From assembly GCA_002424845.1 (NCBI GenBank), contig DILD01000028.1:17220-81219 (forward strand): DNA of 64,000 bases. The letters run 5' to 3'. A program made the position numbers and the translations under genes. The notes under the pieces were generated by a model. The model worked only from the letters and a program-made list of their open reading frames with translations, ran no database searches and was not told where the DNA came from. The first letter of the stretch is position 1, and each line of letters begins with the position of its first letter. The DNA comes from Thiobacillus denitrificans. GTDB taxonomy: Bacteria > Pseudomonadota > Gammaproteobacteria > Burkholderiales > Thiobacillaceae. This document shows positions 43,205-53,436 of the stretch, one piece after another.

Positions 43205-44374
43205 TTAGCGGGGCGGCTCGCGGCGGAACGGGCCTTCCATCTCGTCCATGTAGTGGACGATGGCGTCGGTCTCGCGTTCCAGGAAGCGGTCGACCGCCTC
43301 GCGGAATTCGGGGTTTTCCAGCCAGTGCCAGGAATGCGTGGCGGTGGGGACCAGCCCGCGCGCGAGCTTGTGCTCGCCCTGGGCGCCGCCCTCGAACACC
43401 TGTAGCCCATTGACGATGGCGTATTCGATGCCCTGCTGGTAGCAGGTCTCGAAGTGCAGGCCGGGCACGTATTCCAGCGTGCCCCAGTGGCGGCCGTACA
43501 GCCGCTGGCTGTCCTTGATGCAGAACGAGCAGGCGATGGGTTCGCCGTCCTTGTCGGCCACGATGAGCAGCAGCTTGTCCGGCATCGTCTCGCGCAGGGC
43601 CGCAAAAAAGGCGCGGTTGAGATGCGGATCGCTGCGGTGGCGGGCGTAGGTGTCGGCGTAGCAGCGGTAGAAATGGTCCCAGTCGGCGTTGGTGCTGTCA
43701 CGCCCTTCGACCCAGCGAAAACTCACCCCCAGCTTGTCCAGCTTCTTCCTTTCCTGACGGATCTTCTTGCGCTTGTCGTGCATCATCGCGGCGAGGAAGT
43801 CGTCGAAGCTGGCGTAGCCCGCATTATTCCAGTGGAACTGGAAGCCGTTGCGGTGTAGCAGTGGGGCCGCATTGAGCGTGGCATGGTCCGGCTCGCTGGG
43901 AAACAGGATGTGGAACGAGGAGCAGTTCAGGTCGCGGGTAAGCTTCAACGCGGCCTGGATCAGCGCGGCGCGGTCGGCGTCGTTTTTCGCCAGCAGACGC
44001 GGGCCAGGCACCGGCGAGAAGGGCGCGCAGCAGACCAGTTTGGGGTAGTAGTTGAGGCCGTGGCGGCGGTAGGCGTCGGCCCAGGCCCAGTCGAATACGA
44101 ACTCGCCCCAGGAATGATGCTTGATGTAGAGCGGCATCGCGGCTTCGAGCTGGCCGCCGCGAAACAGCGCCAGGTGCACCGGCTCCCAGCCGATGGGGGC
44201 GCCGACGCAATCGGTGGCTTCCAGCGCGTGCAGGAAGGCGTGTTGCACGAAGGGCGAATCGCCGGCCAGGGTGTTCCAGGCATCCGCCGGCAACTCCGCA
44301 ATTTTTGTCACGACGCGGACGACTGTTTCTGCGGCTTCAGCTTCCGTCGCGGGGGGCTTTGCTTCAAAATGCAC
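43205..44374 (-). CDS. GNAT/FemAB-like N-acyltransferase (COG3146-like)
   Basis: HSWGEFVFDWAWA, YYPKL, LYGRHWG, HFETCYQQGI, EGGAQGEHKLARG; start uncertain (44311-44401). Confidence 0.88.
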   Translation of the reverse strand: MHFEAKPPATEAEAAETVVRVVTKIAELPADAWNTLAGDSPFVQHAFLHALEATDCVGAPIGWEPVHLALFRGGQLEAAMPLYIKHHSWGEFVFDWAWADAYRRHGLNYYPKLVCCAPFSPVPGPRLLAKNDADRAALIQAALKLTRDLNCSSFHILFPSEPDHATLNAAPLLHRNGFQFHWNNAGYASFDDFLAAMMHDKRKKIRQERKKLDKLGVSFRWVEGRDSTNADWDHFYRCYADTYARHRSDPHLNRAFFAALRETMPDKLLLIVADKDGEPIACSFCIKDSQRLYGRHWGTLEYVPGLHFETCYQQGIEYAIVNGLQVFEGGAQGEHKLARGLVPTATHSWHWLENPEFREAVDRFLERETDAIVHYMDEMEGPFRREPPR

Positions 44375-44400
44375 GTTTTGGCGCTTCCATCGAAAAAACA

Positions 44401-45561
44401 ATGAACCTGCATGAATATCAGGCCAAACAAATCCTGCGCTCGGGCAACATTAACACGCCGCTCGGCATCGCCGCATCGAGCGCCGATGCCGCAGTAGAAG
44501 CCGCCCGCGAACTCGGCGGCGACGCCTGGGTGGTGAAGGCGCAGATCCACGCCGGCGGGCGTGGCAAGGTGGGCGGCGTCAAGGTGGTGAAAAGTCTGGA
44601 CGACGTGCGCGCGATGGCCGAAACCCTGCTCGGCAAGTCGCTGGTGACCATCCAGAACGCCCCCGACGGCCAGCCGGTGAACCAGGTGCTGGTCGAGGAA
44701 ACCCTGCCGATCTCCCGTGAGCTGTATCTGTCGCTGCTGGTTGATCGCGAAACCGAACGCGTCGCCATCGTCGCCTCCGCCGCCGGCGGCATGGACATCG
44801 AGGAAGTGGCTCATGCCACCCCGGAAAAGGTGCTGACCGAGACCTGCGACCCCTTGCTGGGCGTGCAGGATTTCCAGTGCCGCGCCCTGGCTTTCGCGCT
44901 GGCGTTGACCGGTGAGGCCTACAAGGATTTCTGCCATCTGTTGCCGCAGCTGTATCGCGTGTTCATCGCCAACGATTTGAGCCTGCTCGAGATCAACCCG
45001 CTGGTAGTGACCGCCGACAACCGCGTGCTGCCGCTCGACTGCAAGATGAGCATCGACGACAACGCGCTGTATCGCCGCAAGGCCCTGGCAGAGTTGCGCG
45101 ACGACAGCCAGATCGACGCCAAGGAGGCCGCAGCCAATGCGGCCAACGTGAACTACGTCGCGCTCACCGGCAACATCGGCTGCATGGTCAACGGCGCTGG
45201 TCTGGCGATGGCGACGATGGACCTTATCCAGTTCGAAGGCGGCACGCCCGCCAACTTCCTTGACGTCGGCGGCGGCGCCACGCCCGAAACCGTGGCGCAG
45301 GGCTTCAAGATCATCCTGCTCGATCCCAACGTTAAAGCCGTGCTGATCAACATCTTCGGCGGCATTGTGCGCTGCGACGTCATCGCCGAGGGCATCATCC
45401 AGGCGGTTAAGGAAGTTGGCGTCAAGGTGCCGGTGATCGTGCGGCTGGAAGGCACCAATGCCGAGCTGGGCCGCAAGCAGCTGGCTGAATCCGGGCTGGC
45501 GATCCTTGCGGCGGAAAGCCTGACGCACGCAGCCAAACTCGCCGTGGAGAAGGCAGCATGA
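44401..45561 (+). CDS. sucC: Succinyl-CoA synthetase beta subunit
   Basis: [39 protein letters not shown]. Confidence 0.98.
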   Translation: MNLHEYQAKQILRSGNINTPLGIAASSADAAVEAARELGGDAWVVKAQIHAGGRGKVGGVKVVKSLDDVRAMAETLLGKSLVTIQNAPDGQPVNQVLVEETLPISRELYLSLLVDRETERVAIVASAAGGMDIEEVAHATPEKVLTETCDPLLGVQDFQCRALAFALALTGEAYKDFCHLLPQLYRVFIANDLSLLEINPLVVTADNRVLPLDCKMSIDDNALYRRKALAELRDDSQIDAKEAAANAANVNYVALTGNIGCMVNGAGLAMATMDLIQFEGGTPANFLDVGGGATPETVAQGFKIILLDPNVKAVLINIFGGIVRCDVIAEGIIQAVKEVGVKVPVIVRLEGTNAELGRKQLAESGLAILAAESLTHAAKLAVEKAA

Positions 45562-46451
45562 GCATCCTCGTCAACAAGAACACCCGGGTCATCTGTCAGG
45601 GCTTCACCGGCAAGCAGGGCAGCTTTCATTCCGAACAGGCGATCGCCTACGGCACGCAGATGGTCGGCGGCGTCACCCCCGGCAAGGGCGGGCAGACGCA
45701 TCTCGATCTGCCCGTGTTCAACACCGTGCGCGACGCGGTGCGCCAGACTGGCGCGCAGGCGACCATGATCTACGTGCCGGCCGCGTTTGCTGCCGACTCG
45801 ATCCTGGAAGCGGCCGACGCCGGCATCGAGGTCATCGTCTGCATCACCGAAGGCATTCCGGTGCTGGATATGCTTCAAGTTAAAACAGCGCTCAACGTCA
45901 AGGCCGCGCTGCGCGCCAACGGCGCCAAGCTGATCGGCCCCAACTGCCCCGGCATCATCACCTCGGGCGAATGCAAGATCGGCATCATGCCCGGCGTCAT
46001 TCACCAGAAAGGCAAGGTCGGCATCGTCTCGCGTTCCGGCACGCTGACCTACGAGGCGGTGCACCAGACCACGCAGTTGGGGCTGGGCCAGTCGACCTGC
46101 GTCGGCATCGGCGGCGACCCGATCAAGGGGCTGGATTTCATCGATTGCCTGGCAATGTTCGAGGCCGACCCGCAGACCGAAGCGGTGATTCTGGTCGGCG
46201 AAATCGGCGGCAGCCGCGAGGAAGAGGCTGCCGAGTACATCCACTCCAACATGAAGAAACCGGTCGCCGCCTACATCGCCGGGCGCACCGCGCCCAAGGG
46301 AAAGCGCATGGGCCATGCCGGCGCGATCATCGCCGGCGGCGCTGGCACGGCGGACGCCAAGATCCACGCGCTCGAGGTTGCCGGTGTTGTCGTCGCGCAA
46401 AGCCCGGCCGGGCTGGGCGAAGCGGTGCAGCAGGCGCTGGCCGCACGTTAA
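45558..46451 (+). CDS. sucD: Succinyl-CoA synthetase alpha subunit
   Basis: [26 protein letters not shown]. Confidence 0.98.
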   Translation: MSILVNKNTRVICQGFTGKQGSFHSEQAIAYGTQMVGGVTPGKGGQTHLDLPVFNTVRDAVRQTGAQATMIYVPAAFAADSILEAADAGIEVIVCITEGIPVLDMLQVKTALNVKAALRANGAKLIGPNCPGIITSGECKIGIMPGVIHQKGKVGIVSRSGTLTYEAVHQTTQLGLGQSTCVGIGGDPIKGLDFIDCLAMFEADPQTEAVILVGEIGGSREEEAAEYIHSNMKKPVAAYIAGRTAPKGKRMGHAGAIIAGGAGTADAKIHALEVAGVVVAQSPAGLGEAVQQALAAR

Positions 46452-46460
46452 GCCCACCCG

Positions 46461-48068
46461 ATGAAACTCGGCATCGCCCAGATCAACCTCACCGTCGGCG
46501 ACATCGCCGGTAACACGGCCAGGCTGCTGGCCGCGGCGAACGATGCGCACGCCGCCGGCGCGGCGCTGCTGCTTACGCCCGAAATGTCGATCTGCGGCTA
46601 CCCGGCCGAGGATTTGGTACTGCGGATCGATTTTGCCGAGGCATGCGCAACTGCGCTCGAGAAACTGGCCGCAGATGCGCCGCCCGAACTGGCGCTGATT
46701 GTCGGTTATCCCGAGCGCAGCGACGACAGGCTGTTCAATGCCGTGGCGCTCTTGCGCGGCGGCCGCATCGAGATGGTGTACCGCAAGCACCACTTGCCGA
46801 ACCATTCCGTATTCGATGAGCAGCGCGTGTTCGACCGGGGCGATACACCCCGTGTGTTCGCCTGCGGCGGCTTGAAGTTCGGCCTTAATGTTTGCGGTGA
46901 CATCTGGGAGCCGGGGCCGGCGACATGGGCGATGGAAGCGGGTGCAGACTGGTTGCTGGTAGCCAATGCCTCGCCCTTCCATCTCAACAAGGAGCGCGAA
47001 CGTGTTGCCGTTGCACGCTTGCGTCAGATCGAGGCGGGTTTGCCGATTGTTTACGCGAACCTGGTTGGTGGCCAGGATGAACTGGTGTTCGATGGCGCGT
47101 CGTTCGCACTTAATGTCGACGGTGAGGTGGTCGTGCAGTGTCCGGCCTGGCAGGAAGGCCTTTTCTATTTGGATATTCTCGATGGCGCCTGTAGCGGGCC
47201 GCGCCAGTCGCTGCCGCATGAGGAGGCCGCTGTTTATGATGCGCTAGTCCTGGCCGTGCGTGATTACGTCATCAAGAACGGTTTCAAAGGGGTTCACCTG
47301 GGCCTTTCGGGAGGCATCGATTCGGCGCTGACGCTGGCGATTGCCGCCGACGCCATCGGCCCCGACAAGGTGCACGCGGTGATGATGCCATCGGACTACA
47401 CTGCATCCATCAGCATCGAGGATTCGAGAGACATGGTGCAGAGACTCGGTGTGCGCTACTCAGAGATCGCCATTCGACCGATTTACGATGCCTTTGTCAG
47501 TCAGCTGGCAGATGAGTTTTCCGGTATGGCCCCGGACACGACCGAAGAAAATCTGCAAGCGCGTACGCGAGGCACGCTATTGATGGCGCTGTCCAATAAG
47601 TTGGCTACGCTGGTGCTGACTACCGGTAACAAGAGTGAAATGGCAACTGGTTACGCTACGTTATATGGCGACATGGCGGGCGGTTTTGCCGTACTGAAGG
47701 ATGTGCCGAAAACATTGGTTTATCGCTTGGCCAATTACCGCAATCGCTTGTCCGTGGTCATTCCTCAACGCATCATTGACCGTCCGCCATCGGCTGAGTT
47801 GCGCCCTGATCAGACCGACCAGGACAGCTTGCCTCCCTATGAAGTGCTCGATGCCATTATTGCCGCTTATGTTGAGCGTGATCTGCCCGCCTGGGATATT
47901 GTTGCGCAGGGGTATGACGCAGCGACCGTACGTCGCGTGATTCGCATGATCGACCTTGCCGAATACAAACGTCGCCAGGCTCCGCCCGGGCCACGCATTA
48001 CTCCGCGTAATTTTGGTAAAGACCGCCGCTATCCGATTACCTCGAAGTACCGCCCCGACCTCGCTTAG
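46461..48068 (+). CDS. nadE: Glutamine-dependent NAD+ synthetase
   Basis: Nitrilase domain (PE, K, C triad), GLSGGIDS, ENLQAR, TTGNKSE, PPSAEL. Confidence 0.96.
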   Translation: MKLGIAQINLTVGDIAGNTARLLAAANDAHAAGAALLLTPEMSICGYPAEDLVLRIDFAEACATALEKLAADAPPELALIVGYPERSDDRLFNAVALLRGGRIEMVYRKHHLPNHSVFDEQRVFDRGDTPRVFACGGLKFGLNVCGDIWEPGPATWAMEAGADWLLVANASPFHLNKERERVAVARLRQIEAGLPIVYANLVGGQDELVFDGASFALNVDGEVVVQCPAWQEGLFYLDILDGACSGPRQSLPHEEAAVYDALVLAVRDYVIKNGFKGVHLGLSGGIDSALTLAIAADAIGPDKVHAVMMPSDYTASISIEDSRDMVQRLGVRYSEIAIRPIYDAFVSQLADEFSGMAPDTTEENLQARTRGTLLMALSNKLATLVLTTGNKSEMATGYATLYGDMAGGFAVLKDVPKTLVYRLANYRNRLSVVIPQRIIDRPPSAELRPDQTDQDSLPPYEVLDAIIAAYVERDLPAWDIVAQGYDAATVRRVIRMIDLAEYKRRQAPPGPRITPRNFGKDRRYPITSKYRPDLA

Positions 48069-48089
48069 CTAAACTGAACGACATGATGC

Positions 48090-48217
48090 AGGATTACGCT
48101 AAGCGAGTTCTCCCTCTGATGGAACGACTAGCCATTCGACTAAGCCCGCAAGCGGGCAAGTCGCTGGTTATCCCCAATCCTCGCCCGCTTGCGGGCGAGG
48201 GAGTCAACGTAATGCCT
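48090..48217 (+). repeat. REP/RPE-like palindromic repeat carrying a nested 54-bp element
   Basis: CCCTCT[insert]CCCCAAT-CCTCGCCCGC-TT-GCGGGCGAGG; flanking IR AGGATTACG/CGTAATGCCT. Confidence 0.75.
48118..48171 (+). mobile_element. 54-bp hairpin mini-element, copy 1 (intergenic)
   Basis: GATGGAACGACTAGCCATTCGACTAAGCCCGCAAGCGGGCAAGTCGCTGGTTAT; 50/54 identical to 54722-54775; mobility is inferred. Confidence 0.7.
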
Positions 48218-48246
48218 TTATGCCCGCAGGGGTACAACCCGATTAA

Positions 48247-48597
<351 letters not shown>

Positions 48598-48621
48598 GTC
48601 GGGCTTACCCACAACGGGGGC

Positions 48622-49449
48622 TTACCAGAACCGATACCAGGCCTTGCCTTCGGTGTTGACCCCCTTGGCATACGGGCTGTTGGGAAAGTTGAGATTCAGC
48701 ACACGTTGCGCATCGTCGCGCAGGTCGGCAAGTTTCAGCTTGTCATATGCCACGACCATGATGGCCAGCGCTTCTTCCAGCGCCGGGGCTTCAGGATAGG
48801 TTTTCAATACTTCCTTGGCGCGGTTGGCGGCTGCCACCCAAGCTTCACGCTTGAGATAATACTTGGCCACGTGCACTTCGTTTCCAGCCAACGCATTGAC
48901 CAGAAACTTCATGCGGGCGGTTGAATCGGCTGCATATTTGCTGTCGGGAAAACGGGTAACCAGTTCCTTGAAAGCGAGGAAGGCCTCCCGCGCAGCTCTC
49001 GGGTCGCGCTCCCCCATGTCCTGTCTCGACAACTGTCCAAGCAGGCCAAGATCATCGTTGAAATTTGCCAGGCCCTTCAGATAATAGGCGTAATCGACGT
49101 TAGAGTGATTTGGGTGTAGCTTGATAAAGCGGTCGCATGCGGCAACTGCGGAAATCGGTTCGTTATCCTTGTAGTAGGCGTAGGCGACTTCCAGTTGCGC
49201 CTGCTGTGCGTAGCGGCCGAACGGGTAGCGCGATTCAAGCGTTTCAAATAGCTTGACGGCACGCTCGTAGTTGCCATTGTTGAGGTTGTCCTTGGCTTCG
49301 GTATACAGCTTTTGGGCCGACCAGCCCGCAGTTTCATCCTGGACCTCGGGCAGGAGGCCGCAACCGCCCAGCATGAGTGTGGTTGCAAGGAGCAGGCCGC
49401 CCAACACCCGATGGAATGTATTGAAACCAAATGATGCTTGCTTGAACAT
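48622..49449 (-). CDS. bamD: Outer membrane protein assembly factor BamD
   Basis: Lipobox LGGC, TPR repeats, YPFGRYA, HPNHSNVDYAYY. Confidence 0.95.
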   Translation of the reverse strand: MFKQASFGFNTFHRVLGGLLLATTLMLGGCGLLPEVQDETAGWSAQKLYTEAKDNLNNGNYERAVKLFETLESRYPFGRYAQQAQLEVAYAYYKDNEPISAVAACDRFIKLHPNHSNVDYAYYLKGLANFNDDLGLLGQLSRQDMGERDPRAAREAFLAFKELVTRFPDSKYAADSTARMKFLVNALAGNEVHVAKYYLKREAWVAAANRAKEVLKTYPEAPALEEALAIMVVAYDKLKLADLRDDAQRVLNLNFPNSPYAKGVNTEGKAWYRFW

Positions 49450-50431
49450 GGAAAAAGACACAGAAGATTTATCGGTTGATTATAAGGTAAATACGGAAGG
49501 CGACATCCGCCGACTTGTGATACCTGATGAGCAGGGGGGGCAGCGCCTCGATCAGGCACTTTCGGCCATGCTGCCCGAATTCTCGCGTAATCGCATCCAG
49601 AACTGGATCCGGGCACGCAAGATTTCGGTCGATGAGGCATTTGGCACGACCAAAATGAAGGTCATGGGCGGGGAGTCGGTGCGAGTTGAAATCGAGCCCG
49701 ACCCAAACGCCACGCCCGATGCACCGGAGGCCATCCCTCTGGATGTGGTGTACGAGGACGCGGCCCTGATGGTAATCAATAAGCCCGTCGGGCTGGTGGT
49801 GCACCCCGGAAACGGCAACCGCCACGGTACGCTGCTGAACGCGCTGCTTTACTGGGTGCCGCAAGTGGCGGAATTGCCGCGTGCCGGCATTGTCCACCGG
49901 CTGGACAAGGACACGTCCGGTCTGATGGTGGTCGCCAAAACGCTGGAGGCGCACACCGATCTGGTGCGCCAGCTTCAGGCCCGCACGGTCAAGCGTGAAT
50001 ATCTCGCCCTGGTGTATGGTGAAATCGATCGCTCAGGCACGGTCAATGCGCCTCTGGCTCGCGATCTATACAATCGTACCAAGCGCACCGTACATGCCAT
50101 GGGAAAGGAAGCGGTTACGCATTACGAACGGGTTCAACGCTTCCCGGGGATGACGCTATTGCGCTGCAAACTGGAAACAGGGAGAACACACCAGATTCGG
50201 GTTCACATGCAGCACATCGGTCACCCGCTGGTGGGGGAACAAATCTATGGTGTCAGCCGCCGCAGCGGGCGCAACAGGTATCCTTTCCCGCGTCAGGCGC
50301 TTCACGCCGAACGTTTGGGACTGATTCATCCTGTCACCCGGGAGTTCATGCAGTGGGAATGCCCTTTGCCTGCCGATTTCGCTTCGCTTCTCAACGCTTT
50401 GCGCGCAGATGCCACCTGGGCGGCTAATTGA
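49448..50431 (+). CDS. rluD: 23S rRNA pseudouridine(1911/1915/1917) synthase
   Basis: RLDQAL, NKPVGLVVHPG, GIVHRLDKDTSG, TGRTHQIRVH, RQALHA. Confidence 0.95.
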   Translation: MEKDTEDLSVDYKVNTEGDIRRLVIPDEQGGQRLDQALSAMLPEFSRNRIQNWIRARKISVDEAFGTTKMKVMGGESVRVEIEPDPNATPDAPEAIPLDVVYEDAALMVINKPVGLVVHPGNGNRHGTLLNALLYWVPQVAELPRAGIVHRLDKDTSGLMVVAKTLEAHTDLVRQLQARTVKREYLALVYGEIDRSGTVNAPLARDLYNRTKRTVHAMGKEAVTHYERVQRFPGMTLLRCKLETGRTHQIRVHMQHIGHPLVGEQIYGVSRRSGRNRYPFPRQALHAERLGLIHPVTREFMQWECPLPADFASLLNALRADATWAAN

Positions 50432-51159
50432 TGATCGAGCCTGACTGGCCTGCGCCTGCGCGAGTCAAAAGCTTGATGACCACTCGCGTAGGCGGGGTGA
50501 GCGGCGCACCGTGGGATAGCCTCAATCTTGGCGATCACGTCGGCGATGATCCGGCCCATGTTGCAGTCAATCGCGCACGCCTGCGTCGGCTGCTTCCCGC
50601 CGAGCCGGGCTGGCTCAAGCAGGTGCATGGTATCCGTGTGGTCGAACTGGGAGGCAATACCCCTGAGGCAGACGCCTCGTTTACCCGTCAAACGGCACAG
50701 GTATGTGCGGTGTTGACTGCCGATTGTCTGCCTGTGCTGCTTTGCGATCGTGGCGGCGGCATTGTTGCCGCCGCGCACGCTGGTTGGCGAGGGCTGGCCG
50801 ATGGGGTGCTGGAGGCGACCGTTTCAGCCATGCAGGTACCGCCGCGCGACATCCTTGTCTGGATGGGGGGCGCCATCGGACCTCAGGCATTTGAAGTGGG
50901 GGAGGAGGTGAAGCAGACATTCATGGACCGGCATCCCGAAACTGTAGCGGCATTTACTCCGCATCCGGCCTCCATTCCAGGGAAGTGGTTTGCTGATATC
51001 TATCAACTTGCGCGCATTCGCTTAATGCACATCGGCGTGCGGGACATATACGGCGGCGGACGTTGCACCTTCAGTGACCCGGTAAACTTCTACTCTTATC
51101 GCCGCGACGGCGTGACAGGGCGTATGGCGTCGCTGATCTGGCTCGATCAAGCGCTTTGA
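50431..51159 (+). CDS. pgeF: Peptidoglycan editing factor PgeF/YfiH
   Basis: LNLGDHVGD, QVHG, TADCLPV, HAGWRG, YSYRRD..TGR. Confidence 0.94.
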   Translation: MIEPDWPAPARVKSLMTTRVGGVSGAPWDSLNLGDHVGDDPAHVAVNRARLRRLLPAEPGWLKQVHGIRVVELGGNTPEADASFTRQTAQVCAVLTADCLPVLLCDRGGGIVAAAHAGWRGLADGVLEATVSAMQVPPRDILVWMGGAIGPQAFEVGEEVKQTFMDRHPETVAAFTPHPASIPGKWFADIYQLARIRLMHIGVRDIYGGGRCTFSDPVNFYSYRRDGVTGRMASLIWLDQAL

Positions 51160-51229
51160 GGCCGCCTGAGAACGCGATTCCCTCCGCTGGTGAGGAGGCA
51201 AACCAGCGAAGGGGGAGCGTTCCTGCCTG

Positions 51230-51532
51230 TTACTTGATCAGAAATTCGTTCTTCGAACGGCCCTTGGCCATGGCATCGGCCAGCCATCTTGGTGCGCGGC
51301 CACGGCCCGACCAGGTCTCGCCCGTAGCCGAGTTGCGGTATTTGGCCGCGACCGGGGCACGGGACTTGGCCCTTTTCGCGCCTCCCTTCAGATCGGCCAC
51401 CGTAATCCCGAATTCCTTCATCCTGGCCTGAATCTCCGCTACGACTGCGGCAATTTCTCCGCGCCGTGCGGCCTCGGCCTGCTGAAGCAAAGCCTCTGCC
51501 TGAGCTTTCAGTTCTTTGTAAGTTGCCATCAT
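51230..51532 (-). CDS. hns: H-NS family nucleoid protein
   Basis: N-terminal coiled coil, KYR...TWSGRGRAP.W. Confidence 0.9.
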   Translation of the reverse strand: MMATYKELKAQAEALLQQAEAARRGEIAAVVAEIQARMKEFGITVADLKGGAKRAKSRAPVAAKYRNSATGETWSGRGRAPRWLADAMAKGRSKNEFLIK

Positions 51533-51576
51533 TATTCCTTTCGTTAATTAAACAGGATCCGTTTGAATATTGATTT

Positions 51577-51617
51577 GACCGGAATTTCAAGCGCGCAATC
51601 CATTTGAAATTCCGGTC
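51577..51617. repeat. Perfect 14-bp inverted repeat upstream of hns
   Basis: GACCGGAATTTCAA-13nt-TTGAAATTCCGGTC. Confidence 0.9.
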
Positions 51618-52165
51618 GAGTCATGGCACTGGCTGCCACATCTCTCGCTAGACGTTTCATTATATGAATAAACAAAAAATTTTTAATGGGTGTTTTGTAA
51701 ATTTATTCCCCTTCCACGAAACCCGATCGTTCATCCTTTGCACAAGATGCTACATGGCCGGGCCGGGTGAATATTAAAGCAGGGATAGGTATTGAGTCAG
51801 TTTTGATCGTTTATTCACGGCTGCCTGCGGGGTTGTGGCAGTTCACTAGATAGTGGCCCATAAAACAGGTGGCTTTGGGTTTTTAAAATCGGGGAGTCGG
51901 TTTTCTGCTGTGATGAGGCGTGAACGCTGGGTTAAACCGGTCGGTTATGCGTCGAGCAGTCGACTTTTATTGCAATATTCAAGGAAATGCTGTGCCTTCC
52001 GTTGGGCCATAAGTCGGCACCTGAGCGTGCGATGAGGTCGTGACACGGTCTTTCTCATTAAGGCCTGTGTCGGATGAAATGCCTGATGGGATCACCAGGC
52101 AGCAGGGACCCAATCGGGTTGGGGTTTGATAAAATCACCGGTTTTTTGCGCCAGGAACACGAACC

Positions 52166-52570
52166 ATGTCGGATCACTACGACGATTTGCAGCAGAGCTA
52201 CGGGCGCTGCCTGCGGGAGAAGAACTTCATCGAGCGTTTCTATGAAATCTTTCTGTCCAGCCACCCGGACATCGCTCCGATGTTTGCAGAAACCGATTTC
52301 CAGAAGCAGCGTATGGCCCTGCGTCGGGGTATCAGCGCAGCGATCTCGCATGCGGCCGGCAGTTCGCTTGCCCGCCGTACGATCGACCAGATGGCCGACG
52401 CGCACTCGCGCACGGGCCACGCGCCGGTGCCTCCCCAGCTTTACCCCTATTGGCTGAACAGCCTGCTGCAGGCTGTCAGCGAAACCGATCCCGCAGCGAA
52501 TCCGCAGTTGATCGAGCGCTGGCGTCAGGGCATGACGGTTGTAACTGACACCTTCATCAAACATCACTGA
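52166..52570 (+). CDS. Single-domain globin
   Basis: FIERFYEIFL, MF..TDF..Q, proximal His in AHSR, YPYW. Confidence 0.82.
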   Translation: MSDHYDDLQQSYGRCLREKNFIERFYEIFLSSHPDIAPMFAETDFQKQRMALRRGISAAISHAAGSSLARRTIDQMADAHSRTGHAPVPPQLYPYWLNSLLQAVSETDPAANPQLIERWRQGMTVVTDTFIKHH

Positions 52571-53436
52571 GCGGCGCCACCAAAGTCTTCCCTGACGCGC
52601 AGGTAGCGTGGAAAGCGCGGCAGCCCGTTTTTCGTCAGGTGTTGATAACGATAGGTGATGCGGGTCCCAATGGGGGGCGGTTGACGGCGTATCGCATCGG
52701 AGAGCCCGCTGCCGAGCCCGAAGCGTTTGCCGTCTGGCATTTCCATCTGCAATGCTCCGGTCATGCCCTGATATTTGCCTTTTCCCGGCGTGTGGCCGAC
52801 CACGACCGCTTCAGCATCCTGCCAGGGTTTCAGCTTCAGCAGCACATCGCTGCGTCCAGTCAGGTAGGGGGCGTCGGCACGGTGCAGCATCAGGCCTTCG
52901 CCACCTGCGCGGATCACGGCATCGAGTTGCTTTGTCAACGCGGCATGACTGGTCACGCGCGTCTGTCCCACCGCCTGGAGCCAGGGCACTTTGGCTTCGG
53001 CAGCGATTGCGCGCATCTGCCGGACGCGCGCGCTGAAGTCGCCAGCTGCACCGGGTAATTCGAAAATCAGATAGCGCACCTGTCGCCAGTCGGCATCTAC
53101 GGGTTCGATTTTTCGTACCGTCCCCGACAGTGCGTCGAAACGGTCACGGCCAATCCACAATTCGCCATCCAGCGGAACTGCCGGGAAATTTCTTGTGAAC
53201 CAGACCGGCGCCGGAACGATCCCCCCGCCGCGGAAGCGCAGGGTGTCCCCGTCCCATTGCGCACGTACGCCGTCGAGTTTCTCGCTTACCCAGTACTGGG
53301 TAACATCGATGTCAGCGGCATACGTCTCCGCCAAAAGCATCGCCGGAGCAGGCGGGCTGTCGGCCCATGCCGGCGGCGAAGCCAGCGCCAGCAGCACCAG
53401 CCAGAGTGCGGAGAGTGGCGGTGCTAGTCCAGCCAC
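52564..53436 (-). CDS. Minimal ATP-dependent DNA ligase with N-terminal signal peptide (Lig E-like)
   Basis: SEKLDGVR, LDGEL, GEGLML, LLKLKP, GSG, PRFP; signal LWLVLLALASPPAWA. Confidence 0.9.
   Translation of the reverse strand: MAGLAPPLSALWLVLLALASPPAWADSPPAPAMLLAETYAADIDVTQYWVSEKLDGVRAQWDGDTLRFRGGGIVPAPVWFTRNFPAVPLDGELWIGRDRFDALSGTVRKIEPVDADWRQVRYLIFELPGAAGDFSARVRQMRAIAAEAKVPWLQAVGQTRVTSHAALTKQLDAVIRAGGEGLMLHRADAPYLTGRSDVLLKLKPWQDAEAVVVGHTPGKGKYQGMTGALQMEMPDGKRFGLGSGLSDAIRRQPPPIGTRITYRYQHLTKNGLPRFPRYLRVREDFGGAAQ

Noticed and set aside
46885-46910. NadE glutaminase motif VCGDIW instead of ICEDxW as inactivation
   Set aside because: The catalytic Glu-Lys-Cys triad is retained; a single substitution is insufficient evidence
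48118-48171. NAD-sensing riboswitch, because both element copies are at nad genes
   Set aside because: One copy is 3' of nadE and the other is inside the nadC CDS. Shared insertion-site junctions fit mobile DNA better, and two copies are too few to show enrichment.
52126-52138. FNR box upstream of the globin (TTGAT-AAA-ATCAC)
   Set aside because: Spacer is 3 nt rather than 4 and the right half-site is imperfect; more likely a -10 element
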